Below the pieces are notes generated by a model. It was not told where the DNA came from, did no database searches, and saw only the letters and a program-made list of their open reading frames with translations. From an uncultured bacterium (lineage in GTDB: Bacteria > SAR324 > NAC60-12), in assembly GCA_964010765.1 (NCBI GenBank), contig CAXGMD010000005.1:1-64000 (forward strand): a DNA stretch of 64,000 nucleotides, in the 5' to 3' direction. The translations under genes were made by a program, and so were the position numbers. Below, piece by piece: positions 48,207 through 58,292 of the stretch (position 1 is the first letter of the stretch; every line of letters starts with the position of its first letter).

Positions 48207-48293
48207 ATGTTTGCTGGACCTAACTGGCAATTCTGGCTTCTGGTGCTTTTCTTTTTATTGAGCAAACCAGTATTGTTTTGGTTCGCTCAGTAA
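48207..48293 (+). CDS. Possible 28-aa single-TM peptide
   Basis: ATG directly after the preceding TAG; MFAGPNWQFWLLVLFFLLSKPVLFWFAQ*. Confidence 0.4.
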   Translation: MFAGPNWQFWLLVLFFLLSKPVLFWFAQ

Positions 48294-48300
48294 ATTTCTA

Positions 48301-50025
48301 CTAAGCTCGAAATCCTCTCTCCAAAGCCGCAAATACCTGATCCAAATTTTTTTCAGCGCCCACTGCAAGTCTTACCAGGTATCTTGAAATCCGTAGTTCC
48401 TCCAGTTCTCGATCACTAGCCTGATAATGGGCTAGCATGGCATAAGGGCAAAGCATCGAGGTGTTGGAGCCAAGACCAGGAGCCTTGTGAAGAGGCCGTA
48501 GGTCTGCATCATAGAAGCGGCGGATTCCATCAAGGCTATCATTATGCAAGACAAAGCTGATGAGGCTGCCGGACCCCTTCAACAACTTTTTTGCCAATTG
48601 ATGACTGGAATGGGAGGGTAACTGGTTGAAACTTACGGAACGAACTTTTGAATGAGATTCCAGGAAACTAGCAACCTGAATTCCATTAGAATTGAAGCGC
48701 TCCATCCGCTCAGGAAAATCCTCCATACATTTAGTTAAGGCAAGAATCTCCCAGGGTGACATGAAGTTCTGCCATTCGGACTGAAAGGCTTTCAATTGCT
48801 CAGACCAATATCCTTGACGAGTCAGCAGAGCCCCTCCCCCGTGCTGGTTGTTTCCGCACAGGTATTTAGCAGTGCTGTGGATCACCATGTCTGCTCCCCA
48901 TGCGAGCGGTTGGGCGTTAGTCGGTCCAGCTAGCGTGTTATCAACAATTACAGGGACCCCAATCTTTTTTGCAATTTCCTGAATTCTTGGAATGTCCGGT
49001 AGTTCTCCAAGTGGATTCGTGATGCTTTCCGTGACAATCCCAGCAATAGATTCGTCTTTGAGAACCTCTTCAAGTTGTTCTATCTCATCTATATTGAGGA
49101 AAATCGGCTCACCGTTTCCTCCCCTCCACTTATCAAACATTAATAGGGAGTAGGTGTCCGTATAGAGCAACCCTATGGCTACAAAGCGTTTGGATTGTTT
49201 GCTCTGGCATCGCCTTCTTGCCAACTCCATTGCAGTCACGACTGCATTCATCCCTGAAGGGAATAGAAAACATTTGTCTGCCTCTTCCCACTCAATCAGT
49301 TGAGCACAGATTTTTTCGGTAGCTTTTAATGTGGAAGAAGTAGGAACTACTTCATGATTTTTCCAAGCAGCGATGTTTCTGACAGAAAGCAAGGTTCCTC
49401 TTCGCTTTCGCAATTGGAAGAGTCCCTCCATCAAATCATAGTGCTGGCCTAGGACAACCCCACCTGGTGTTCCCATTTTTTCGGCACTACCAACCCAAAA
49501 CTCATTTTCTTGTTGGATTGGCAATGGTGCAAAAGACTTCGTTGAATACCAGATAATCTGGTCATGCTCAGCATGTTGATCCTCATCCAGCCATTCGTTT
49601 CTTTGATCAGCACCCAAATCAGGAGTAATCCAGAGTCGTGGTTCCATCGAATCAGATCCAACAGATTTCCGCTCTTTCAGCCAAGAAGGTAGAGGCTCTT
49701 GTAATTTCCAGGCAATGCTTAGATTCGGCTGTTTTGTTAAGAGGAAATCGATCAACTCGCGCAAAGCACTTTGCACAGAAACAAAAGCCAGGGCTCTTGC
49801 AACCTTGTGTTTCCGTTGGAGGGATTGCTGCCACTCGTACAAGGCAGGGCGGTCCACCATTCGGTAATATCCCCAACTCAGGCGACAGCGATTTTCTTCA
49901 TAGTCTATGACTGTCTGCAGGTCTGGCATTTCCGCAGTGGTGCCGTAGTCTTGACCACCAACTGGCTCTAAGAAGCGCACAGGTCTGGTGTCTTGCATAG
50001 CAGAGGCAGAAGAATCCGTTGTCAT
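48301..50025 (-). CDS. Cys/Met metabolism PLP enzyme, long cystathionine gamma-synthase-like form
   Basis: FPSGMNA, ESITNP, VDNT, HSTAKY (PLP Lys), LVRLAVG, plus a ~230-aa N-terminal extension. Confidence 0.85.
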   Translation of the reverse strand: MTTDSSASAMQDTRPVRFLEPVGGQDYGTTAEMPDLQTVIDYEENRCRLSWGYYRMVDRPALYEWQQSLQRKHKVARALAFVSVQSALRELIDFLLTKQPNLSIAWKLQEPLPSWLKERKSVGSDSMEPRLWITPDLGADQRNEWLDEDQHAEHDQIIWYSTKSFAPLPIQQENEFWVGSAEKMGTPGGVVLGQHYDLMEGLFQLRKRRGTLLSVRNIAAWKNHEVVPTSSTLKATEKICAQLIEWEEADKCFLFPSGMNAVVTAMELARRRCQSKQSKRFVAIGLLYTDTYSLLMFDKWRGGNGEPIFLNIDEIEQLEEVLKDESIAGIVTESITNPLGELPDIPRIQEIAKKIGVPVIVDNTLAGPTNAQPLAWGADMVIHSTAKYLCGNNQHGGGALLTRQGYWSEQLKAFQSEWQNFMSPWEILALTKCMEDFPERMERFNSNGIQVASFLESHSKVRSVSFNQLPSHSSHQLAKKLLKGSGSLISFVLHNDSLDGIRRFYDADLRPLHKAPGLGSNTSMLCPYAMLAHYQASDRELEELRISRYLVRLAVGAEKNLDQVFAALERGFRA

Positions 50026-50045
50026 GTTAGGAATAATCTAGAGGA

Positions 50046-50228
50046 TCAGCGCAGTTGACTGCGCAACTCATCAAGGAATTGCCTATGTGATGCTCTTATT
50101 CTGAAAACCAGACGGATTTGTCTGATTGCCAATAACAAGAACAAGAGGCTTAGGCATCCCGCGAGGGAAAGGGACAGCAGAGGAGGAAAGCTCAACAGCC
50201 AATCGCTCAATGCTTGAAAATGGCTCAT
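50046..50228 (-). CDS. Small single-TM membrane protein
   Basis: 60 aa, ATGA overlap with the upstream LD-carboxypeptidase gene, hydrophobic helix followed by a basic tail. Confidence 0.6.
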   Translation of the reverse strand: MSHFQALSDWLLSFPPLLSLSLAGCLSLLFLLLAIRQIRLVFRIRASHRQFLDELRSQLR

Positions 50229-51145
50229 GTAGCTAAAGGTTCGTTGTTTTTAAAATGAATGGCATTTTGCTGAGCATCCAACTCAGCCCATTGTCCTAAC
50301 AGAAGCGGATGATTGATCTCTCCGTGCCCATGAGGCAGGCCTATTGCCATTGGCAGGTTCAAATCGCTGAGCACATCTAACAAAACATCCTTAACTTGCT
50401 CCGGGGTACCACATTCTACGAATTCACCAAAAATAAAGGCCCGGACTTTTTCAAATTGACCACTTTGTCGCATCTGGGTCAGCATTCGATCCAAACGATA
50501 AGGCGCTTCGTAAACTTCCTCAAGAAAAAGAATTGAATCCGCTAAATCGACTTGGGCTTCAGTTCCCAAAGCTGAAAGGATTACAGAGAGGCAGCCCCCA
50601 CTGAGTCTTCCTTTCGCGGATTCTGAATTTTGCAAGAATTGGACAGGAGTGGAGGGAGATTCGGATTTGAAAAGAACACCCTTCAGGGCTTCGCGATTCT
50701 TATCTGCATGGGGACCTCCAACAAACTGTGGTGAAGCTAGTGTGGGCCCATGACAAACCAGCCAATCCGTGTGGCGTTGAAGGTAATGAAGTAGTAGGGA
50801 ACAGTCGCTGAATCCAACGAGCCATTTTGGTTGTTGGTGCCAGGAAGTTGGCTGAAGCAATGGTAGTAGTCGAGCGACTCCGTAGCCTCCTCTGATGCAG
50901 AAGACTGCCCGAACTCTCTCATCCTCTAGTTGTTGCTGGAATTCTGCAGCTCGATCTTGATCAGTACCTGCCAGATGCAAATGCGAGCGGGTCAGTTCGG
51001 GGGTATAGGCTACTTGAAGATCCCAATCTTCCTCCAAGATTTGAAAGGCTTGCTCCGCTAAGCGCTGTTGCTCCGGCCTCAATTGAGAAGAGGGTGCCAC
51101 AACCGCCACGGCATCTCCTGGCTGCAGCGGGAATGGACGTATCAT
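50225..51145 (-). CDS. ldcA: LD-carboxypeptidase (peptidase S66)
   Basis: APSS, RGGYG, GFSD (Ser), LFLEE (Glu), GHG (His). Confidence 0.9.
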   Translation of the reverse strand: MIRPFPLQPGDAVAVVAPSSQLRPEQQRLAEQAFQILEEDWDLQVAYTPELTRSHLHLAGTDQDRAAEFQQQLEDERVRAVFCIRGGYGVARLLPLLQPTSWHQQPKWLVGFSDCSLLLHYLQRHTDWLVCHGPTLASPQFVGGPHADKNREALKGVLFKSESPSTPVQFLQNSESAKGRLSGGCLSVILSALGTEAQVDLADSILFLEEVYEAPYRLDRMLTQMRQSGQFEKVRAFIFGEFVECGTPEQVKDVLLDVLSDLNLPMAIGLPHGHGEINHPLLLGQWAELDAQQNAIHFKNNEPLAT

Positions 51146-51146
51146 C

Positions 51147-51635
51147 TCAAGTTTTGTTCGTACCGCGAGCCATCACTAGTTTCCCAGAGCGGACCATTTC
51201 CTTGAGCCCAATCGTGTTAAAGAGTTTTTCCATAGCATCGATTTTCGAAGACGATCCCGTGGACTCCACAATCAGCGATTGGTCCGTGATATCTACAATT
51301 TTGGCCCTAAACACATCAACAATCTGTAAGACCTCTGATCGCTTCTCCGGACCAATCAACAATTTAAAGATGGCGAATTCTCGTTCAACAGATTGCTTCG
51401 AATCGTGATGACTGGCGTGAACAACATCTACGAGCTTATTCAACTGACGTAGAATCTGATCAAGTGTTTCAGGACCACCCTGAACAACCACTGTTATTCG
51501 AGAGAACTGATGATCTACAGCCGGTGAAACCACTAAAGAATCGATGTTATACCCTCTTCTCGCAAAAGTTTGCGAGAGGCGCATCAAAACACCTGGTTTG
51601 TTATTGACGTAAATACTAATAGTAAATTCTTCCAT
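51147..51635 (-). CDS. ilvN: Acetolactate synthase small subunit
   Basis: NKPGVL.R....F.RRGYNIDSL, QLNKLVDV, E.VRSG. Confidence 0.96.
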   Translation of the reverse strand: MEEFTISIYVNNKPGVLMRLSQTFARRGYNIDSLVVSPAVDHQFSRITVVVQGGPETLDQILRQLNKLVDVVHASHHDSKQSVEREFAIFKLLIGPEKRSEVLQIVDVFRAKIVDITDQSLIVESTGSSSKIDAMEKLFNTIGLKEMVRSGKLVMARGTNKT

Positions 51636-51724
51636 TGCTTTTCTTCAAAGAGAGGCTGCGCACATTCTAAAGGTTTTGATAGCGGTTTGTTTTGGGTACA
51701 AATAACGCAAATTCCAAATACCTC

Positions 51725-53431
51725 TCAGGTGCTTCCTACAGGCTTTTCCAGTTTGCGGTCCTTCGGCTTCTCAATGAGCATGTCCTTAACTGCTGCTCCT
51801 GCTGGTATCATCGGGAAGACATTGTCTTCTTTCACAACCTCAGCGTGAATAATGCAGGGTCCATCATTGTAAGCGAGCGCTTTTTTCAAGACCTTGGTGA
51901 CATCTCCAGCACGTCGAATTCTAAATCCTTTCACACCATAGGCTTCGCCGAGTTTAACAAAGTCTGGATTTCCCTCCAGGTCACACCCACTCAGTCGCTG
52001 GTCAAAGAAAAGCTCTTGCCACTGACGAATCATTCCCAAATAGCGATTGTCAATGATTAAAATTTTGATCGGTACTCTCTGGAGAGCCGCTGTAGAGAGC
52101 TCCGCCAGCGTCATTTGGAAGCCACCATCCCCTACAACAGCTACTACCAAATCATTGGGACACCCCAACTGCGCACCAATCGCTGCTGGGAATCCATAAC
52201 CCATTGTTCCAGCGCCTCCGCTGGAAAGCCATTGACGTTCACGCGAGCTTTTGCAGAACTGGGCCGCCCACATCTGGTGCTGACCAACATCCGTGCTGAT
52301 GATGCCTCTGGATTCAGAGAGCCGATCTAACTCATCCAAAACATACTGTGCTCGTAATCCACCTCGCTTGGGGTATTTAAGTGGATACTTCTTTTTCCAT
52401 GAAGCAACCGATTTCAGCCAGGGGCCTGAATCTAATTTGTGAACGTGTGGAATCAACTCCTGCAATACCAAGCGGGCATCTCCGTTGATGGACACATCGG
52501 GCTGAATAATTTTGCCGAATTCTGCGGGATCAATATCAATATGAATCTTGCTCGCAGTTGGGCAGAATTCACTGACTTTCCCAGTAATACGATCATCCCA
52601 GCGAGCTCCAATGGCCATAATCATGTCACAGCCAACAACCGCCTTGTTTGCGTAAGCAGTTCCATGCATCCCAAGCATACCGACAGACAATTCATGAGTT
52701 TCGGGGAAGGCCCCTTTTCCCAATAGAGTGGTCGTCACAGGTGCTTGAAGCTTTTCTGCCAATTTCAGAACTTCTTTAGATGCGCCCGACCCCACAGCGC
52801 CAGCCCCTACGTATAGAAGTGGACGTCTAGATTCCATGATAATATCTGCGGCTCGAACGATATCGTCTGCGTTGCCTTTCATCGGGACTTCATATCCAGG
52901 CAGATCAGTATTTTCTGGAAAATTCGCCGTGCATTCTGCTGAGACAACATCTTTTGGTAAATCAATTAGTACGGGACCGGGTCGACCAGTAGTTGCCAGG
53001 TGGAAAGCTTCCTTCATGACTTTCGGAAGGTCATTGGCATCCTTCACAAGATAACTGTGCTTCACAACAGGCATTGTCACACCGAATATGTCAGCTTCCT
53101 GAAAAGCATCCTTGCCCAAGTTGGGTGTAATCGTCTGACCGGTCAATACGATGAGTGGAATGGAATCCATCTGTGCGGTTAATAATCCGGTCACGGTGTT
53201 GGTCGCCCCAGGGCCTGAAGTGACGAGCACGACTCCTGGCTTTCCGGTAGCCCGAGCATAGCCATCAGCCATGTGAGTCCCTCCCTGTTCGTGGCGCACC
53301 AAGACCAGTTCCAGCTCAGGAGCATCCAGCAGAGCATCAAAAATCGGCATACATGCACCACCTGGATAGCCAAATATATATTTGACACCTTCTCGCTTCA
53401 GAGCCTCTACAACAACTTGGGCACCATTCAT
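51725..53431 (-). CDS. ilvB: Acetolactate synthase large subunit
   Basis: FGYPGG, RHEQG, TSGPGATN, GDGGFQM ThDP motif. Start moved to ATG 53431 (GGAG upstream). Confidence 0.97.
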   Translation of the reverse strand: MNGAQVVVEALKREGVKYIFGYPGGACMPIFDALLDAPELELVLVRHEQGGTHMADGYARATGKPGVVLVTSGPGATNTVTGLLTAQMDSIPLIVLTGQTITPNLGKDAFQEADIFGVTMPVVKHSYLVKDANDLPKVMKEAFHLATTGRPGPVLIDLPKDVVSAECTANFPENTDLPGYEVPMKGNADDIVRAADIIMESRRPLLYVGAGAVGSGASKEVLKLAEKLQAPVTTTLLGKGAFPETHELSVGMLGMHGTAYANKAVVGCDMIMAIGARWDDRITGKVSEFCPTASKIHIDIDPAEFGKIIQPDVSINGDARLVLQELIPHVHKLDSGPWLKSVASWKKKYPLKYPKRGGLRAQYVLDELDRLSESRGIISTDVGQHQMWAAQFCKSSRERQWLSSGGAGTMGYGFPAAIGAQLGCPNDLVVAVVGDGGFQMTLAELSTAALQRVPIKILIIDNRYLGMIRQWQELFFDQRLSGCDLEGNPDFVKLGEAYGVKGFRIRRAGDVTKVLKKALAYNDGPCIIHAEVVKEDNVFPMIPAGAAVKDMLIEKPKDRKLEKPVGST

Positions 53432-53788
53432 TCCGAACTCCTTTGATTGAATAATTGCAGATTGGCCTTTTAAATTAGTGAACTCCTGGTTAGAGCACAA
53501 GCCAAAAGCCTACATTTATAAATTTTTAAAGCTTGTAGAGCTACCGAACGAATTACATGACACGATTCACAAAAAATTACTTACTTCAGCCAATCTTTTC
53601 AACCAGAGACTGTCAACTTTTTCTATTATTTACTAATTATGTATTTTTTGATGAACCTCTCTATAAATCGACAGATCAAATACACTTAATTTATTTAGCT
53701 CTAGAGATCTTTTCACACTCTTGAGACCGTGATAGCCTTTGATTCAAACAAATTTAAATTTACTGAACTTCCACCTAACCATTTGCAA

Positions 53789-54205
53789 ATGAAATTGACT
53801 CCAGCTGAAAAATTACTGAAAGAAGTCAATCTCAGCTTAACCCGCCAAAGAGTGGCCGTCCTTGAACTCTTCTTGAAAGAAGAACACCCAATGACACCTC
53901 ATGAGGTGAGGGAAATACTCGAGGATCAGGAACAAGTGGACCAGGTGACCATTTATCGAGTGTTGGAAGCACTGGTCAGAACACGACTACTGACTCAGGT
54001 TCCTTCCACGGATCGGAACAGCTACTACTGCCTAGCAGAACGGCTACAGGGTCTTCATGCTCACCTTTACTGTAATTTATGTCGTCGAATGCTTTGTGTA
54101 GAATCACCTCTTGCCGCCCAAACCCAACGTGGTGAAGAACTGCATGTTGTGCTAAGTGGCACCTGTACTCAATGTGATCAAGCAGTTCCCGATACTAACA
54201 TCTAA
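53789..54205 (+). CDS. Fur/Zur-family transcriptional regulator
   Basis: T.QR..VL, TIYR.L, HAHLYCxxC, C-terminal CxxC. Confidence 0.88.
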   Translation: MKLTPAEKLLKEVNLSLTRQRVAVLELFLKEEHPMTPHEVREILEDQEQVDQVTIYRVLEALVRTRLLTQVPSTDRNSYYCLAERLQGLHAHLYCNLCRRMLCVESPLAAQTQRGEELHVVLSGTCTQCDQAVPDTNI

Positions 54206-54360
54206 ATTCACAATAAGTTTGAGATCTAACAAAACCAGTTGAGTTCTCCTCCTTTGAATAGATATCCATTCAACTTGAGCATTGAATCCCAAAACGGCAC
54301 TTTCCTCTGATTTTAAGACTCTCTCCATTCCCCTCAAAAGCTTTCTCATTCGGAATTTTC

Positions 54361-55857
54361 ATGAAAACTGACCAGAACCAGGTGTGGGGTAGCCACCTAC
54401 AGAGCAGCCCAGCTGAAGAAAATGTGCTGTTTTGTGCTGGTCGTGATGTTCAGCCGTTGCCAATGGCAGATATGGCTTTGCTACCTTACGATCTATGGAC
54501 CAATCGAGCCCATGCGATCATGTGGTATGAAGAAGGAGTGTTGCCCAAAGACGTTCTAACAAAGATTCTCAGAGGGCTTGGTCAACTGGAGGAGAATTTT
54601 CTCAATGGAAATTTTGAGTTAGATCCGAAACTAGAGGATGTGCATATCAACGTGGAAGCATTCGTGACCAAGCAGCAGGGAGCAGAGATTGGCGGGTGGA
54701 TGCACATCGGAAGAAGTCGCAATGATCAGGCAGCATGTGACACGAGACTTTTTCTCCGCGATGCACTCCTGAGGCAGGCTAAAAATATAGAAAAGTTGAT
54801 CAAAACACTTTTGACGCAGGCTGCAAGGCATACCGAAACAGTTATGCCGGGGCTTACACATTACCAACCTGGGATGCTGACTTCATGGGGGCACTGGCTC
54901 TGTTCCCATGCACAAGCACTGCTGAGAGATCTGGAACGAGTCAAATTTCTACTCGTTCCAATCAATCGAAACCCCCTAGGGGCAGCTGCTTCCTTTGGCA
55001 CATCCTGGTGTCCAAATCGAAGACGTACCACTGAATTGATGGCCTTCTCTGAGCCAGAACTCAACACACTCGACTGTATCAGTGCTCGTGGTGAATTGGA
55101 GAGTCAGGTTGCCCAGGGTTACTCGGTAATGATGAATCATCTCAGTTTGCTTGCCCAAGACCTGATCTTCCTGAGTCATCCTTATGTTGGAATGTTAGGT
55201 TTGCCCGACGCATTCGTAACAGGCTCTTCCATCATGCCACAGAAGAAAAATCCTGATTTTGCAGAAGTCATCAAGGGGAAGACAGCTCTTGCTCACGGAC
55301 TCCTTCAATCGTTGTTAGGTGTCCCCAAGGGGATGGTCAGTGGTTACAATCGAGATAGCCAGGTTTGTAAGTATCTTGTGATGGACGTGATCCGAGAATG
55401 TGAGCTGGCACCCGTCATTCTCTCTGGAGTGATATCTGAATTGGAAGTTCGTAAAGAGGTAATGCGGAATCGCTGCAACGAGGGATTCATGAACTCCGTC
55501 GATCTAGCTGACTCTCTCTCGAGAAATCAGGGAATCCCGTTCCGAAAGTGCTACCATCTGCTCGCCAAGGCTGTCCGACTCTCTTCACCCAGTGCATCCA
55601 TCACAAAAGAAGCGCTTCAGTCTGCTCTGGATGATGAGAACTTGGGGATTAATTTCTCTGATGAAGACTTTGCTTCATTACGAAGCCCACTGGCAGTATT
55701 AACCCAGCGAGATCATCTCGGAAGTCCTGCCCCAGAAAGAGTCCATGAGCAAATAGAATTGATGCAATCCAGATTAGTAGGAGATTTGGAGGCCATCAGA
55801 CAATTGATGACCAATTGTGAAGAAGCTCAAACCATCTGTAAGAATTATCAGGCCTGA
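54361..55857 (+). CDS. argH: Argininosuccinate lyase
   Basis: EDVH, GRSRNDQ, MPG.TH.Q, GSSIMPQKKNPD, YNRD.Q. Confidence 0.92.
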   Translation: MKTDQNQVWGSHLQSSPAEENVLFCAGRDVQPLPMADMALLPYDLWTNRAHAIMWYEEGVLPKDVLTKILRGLGQLEENFLNGNFELDPKLEDVHINVEAFVTKQQGAEIGGWMHIGRSRNDQAACDTRLFLRDALLRQAKNIEKLIKTLLTQAARHTETVMPGLTHYQPGMLTSWGHWLCSHAQALLRDLERVKFLLVPINRNPLGAAASFGTSWCPNRRRTTELMAFSEPELNTLDCISARGELESQVAQGYSVMMNHLSLLAQDLIFLSHPYVGMLGLPDAFVTGSSIMPQKKNPDFAEVIKGKTALAHGLLQSLLGVPKGMVSGYNRDSQVCKYLVMDVIRECELAPVILSGVISELEVRKEVMRNRCNEGFMNSVDLADSLSRNQGIPFRKCYHLLAKAVRLSSPSASITKEALQSALDDENLGINFSDEDFASLRSPLAVLTQRDHLGSPAPERVHEQIELMQSRLVGDLEAIRQLMTNCEEAQTICKNYQA

Positions 55858-55858
55858 A

Positions 55859-57028
55859 TTAGCTCCGATAGAACTCAACTAAATTCTCCACTACATATTC
55901 CTGCATTTCCGTGGTTAACCCTGGATAAATCGGCAGGGCGAGCACTTCTCGCGCAGCTCTGTCAGATTCTGGCAGACTTCCCGGTTGATAGACAAGATCT
56001 GCAAAACACTCCTGTCGATGGAAAGGTACTGGATAGTAAATTTCGGTGGCTACTCCTCTTTCCTGAAGAAACTTTCTGAGATCTTCCCTCCGCTGCACAC
56101 GCACCGTGTACTGGTTGTAAATGTGGTGATTGAGCAGATTGTCATCCTGATAAACAGCGGCAGGACAAACAACTTCTTCCAATTGAGTCTCACCAAGCAA
56201 CTGATTGTATTGCGCAGCATTTTGACGACGTTGCTCGTGCCAAGCTTCGAGGCGTTGTAGCTTGATTCTTAGTACACAGGCCTGAATCGGATCCATTCTG
56301 AAATTTCCACCGATCACCTTGTGATAATATTTCGGTTCTGCACCATGGACACGCTTGATATGAAGCTGATGGTGTAACTCAGTATCGTTCGTAGTCACCA
56401 TCCCACCGTCCCCAACTCCCCCAAGGTTTTTGGAGGGAAAAAAGGACATGCAACCCACGTCACTCATAGCACCTGCTCTCCGGGCTTCACCATTCAATCG
56501 ATACTCTGCTCCAATGGCCTGGGCGGCATCTTCGACGACCGCTATTCCAAATTGCTGCGCAACGCCAAGAATGGCCTGCATATCTGCACATTGTCCGAAA
56601 AGATGAACTGGGATCACTGCCTTAACCTGAGCCAGTTCTTCTTCAGTGTAACTCTCTAACTTTTCTTCAAGATGTTTTGGGCAGAGATTGAAGGTTGTAG
56701 GATCAATTTCCAGAAAAACAGGTTCTGCATTCAGACGTGACACGACTCCCGCCGTCGCAAAAAAAGAAAAATCTGGAACCAATACTTTATCTCCTGGACC
56801 AATATTGAGCGACATCAGGGCAAGCAGTAAAGCGTCTGTTCCTGAGGAGACACCCAAAGCATATTTGCAACCACTGTATTCGGCCACTGCTTCTTCAAAC
56901 CGCTCCAACTCGGGCCCCATGATGTAGCGAGTTGAGTCAATCACATCCGTGACTGCAGCGATTATTTCATCTCGTAAGCCTTCATGCTGAGGGCGTAGAT
57001 CAAGAAGAGGAACTTGCATCAATGCCAT
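55859..57028 (-). CDS. DegT/DnrJ/EryC1/StrS sugar aminotransferase
   Basis: SSGTDAL, PVHLFGQ, EDAAQA, SFFPSKNLG..GDGG. Confidence 0.95.
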   Translation of the reverse strand: MALMQVPLLDLRPQHEGLRDEIIAAVTDVIDSTRYIMGPELERFEEAVAEYSGCKYALGVSSGTDALLLALMSLNIGPGDKVLVPDFSFFATAGVVSRLNAEPVFLEIDPTTFNLCPKHLEEKLESYTEEELAQVKAVIPVHLFGQCADMQAILGVAQQFGIAVVEDAAQAIGAEYRLNGEARRAGAMSDVGCMSFFPSKNLGGVGDGGMVTTNDTELHHQLHIKRVHGAEPKYYHKVIGGNFRMDPIQACVLRIKLQRLEAWHEQRRQNAAQYNQLLGETQLEEVVCPAAVYQDDNLLNHHIYNQYTVRVQRREDLRKFLQERGVATEIYYPVPFHRQECFADLVYQPGSLPESDRAAREVLALPIYPGLTTEMQEYVVENLVEFYRS

Positions 57029-57169
57029 TTTGTGTATCAGGTGGAAGTTTCTTTGGAGTGATTAGGAAAGTTAAATGATTTGCTTGCAGAAAAAATTCCA
57101 GAGTCGGAGGAGGAAACTGAAATTCAAGAATTGGCTATCGCCCTCAAATTTTGAGATTTTAAAGAAGAC

Positions 57170-58198
57170 TTAGTGGGTTGATTTCGTTTCTTCAGATTCA
57201 ATCACTTGAACAAACCCCAAGTAACGTTGAGTCCCTGTACGTTGAACTGGGCTACCCTGGACTCGCAATTGTAAGCGATCTCCATCCGGTAGGAGATAGC
57301 AATGGCTTAAAGTAAATGGCTTACCCTTTTCAATCGCTTGTTGCCATTGACCACGAACCTTTTCCTGATCATTTTCTGGCACACGATCCAAATAAGCCTG
57401 AAAAAAATTCGTTGGACTCGTTGAGGGATGGATTTTCAGGAGAGTGAAGAGATGAGGCGAGCAGAAGATTTGCCCTTCTTCCCATTGCCAGTCACCCAAA
57501 CGTGCCAATTGCTGCGCCTGTAGTAAACGATACTCACGCTCTTGAAGTTTCTGGAGTTCCTCCTGACGTTGCAGTGTCACATTTTCAAGAACGACCTGAC
57601 ATCCTTCAATTCTACCGTCTTCTGTTGGGGCAAGGGCAAAGCCATGGGCAACAACAATTTGCTCATCACGCAACTTCCATTCTTCTCGCTGAGCCTCGGA
57701 ATTTCGCAGTACTCGGTCGAAGAAGCGTCGAAAGTTTTCTTGAGAATACCGATGCAGAAACAGCGACATCGGCATCCTCTCAGGATGTAAATCTGGGTTT
57801 GCTTGTGCAAGCAAGTTGGCAGCCTGGTGGTTGAGTTCAAGAATCCTTGTTGACTCGTTGAGCACGAGGCATGGGAGAGGTGAATTACGAAAGAGTGCCT
57901 GGTAACGTGAGCGTGATTCTTCCAAGGAATAGCGAATTTCCAGCAGTTCTTCGTTCTGCACTCGCAACTCTTCCTGATGAATTCTCAGTTCCTGAAGCAA
58001 CTCCTGTGGGTTGGGGATTTCGCTGTCTTGCTCAGAAAATTTCAGTAGGGTCTGATCTTCGGATTCCTGCCAATTTTTCTGCAAAAGCGAGTTGTTCCAC
58101 TTTCGCATCTTATCCATTCTTTGCCCCAAGCGGGCGTTATCCAGCTTAAGTTGTTCAATCTCCAATAGCAACTCTTGCCTGTCCTTTATTTCATCCAT
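57170..58198 (-). CDS. Coiled-coil plus tandem PAS-domain protein with no output domain
   Basis: ELRIHQEELRVQNEEL coiled coil, Y..LF..SP PAS, then AQQLARLG.W.W PAS-like domain. Confidence 0.8.
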   Translation of the reverse strand: MDEIKDRQELLLEIEQLKLDNARLGQRMDKMRKWNNSLLQKNWQESEDQTLLKFSEQDSEIPNPQELLQELRIHQEELRVQNEELLEIRYSLEESRSRYQALFRNSPLPCLVLNESTRILELNHQAANLLAQANPDLHPERMPMSLFLHRYSQENFRRFFDRVLRNSEAQREEWKLRDEQIVVAHGFALAPTEDGRIEGCQVVLENVTLQRQEELQKLQEREYRLLQAQQLARLGDWQWEEGQIFCSPHLFTLLKIHPSTSPTNFFQAYLDRVPENDQEKVRGQWQQAIEKGKPFTLSHCYLLPDGDRLQLRVQGSPVQRTGTQRYLGFVQVIESEETKSTH

Positions 58199-58292
58199 TC
58201 TCTGCTCCGAGTTGAAAGACAACAACTAGTTTGGCAAGCGTTTAAAATAATTCAACGTTGAAGATTCAATCAAATAATATTTAGTTTTAATA

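Noticed and set aside
53432..53620. ilvB attenuator leader peptide
   Set aside because: No Ile/Leu/Val-rich short ORF or terminator/antiterminator pair found.
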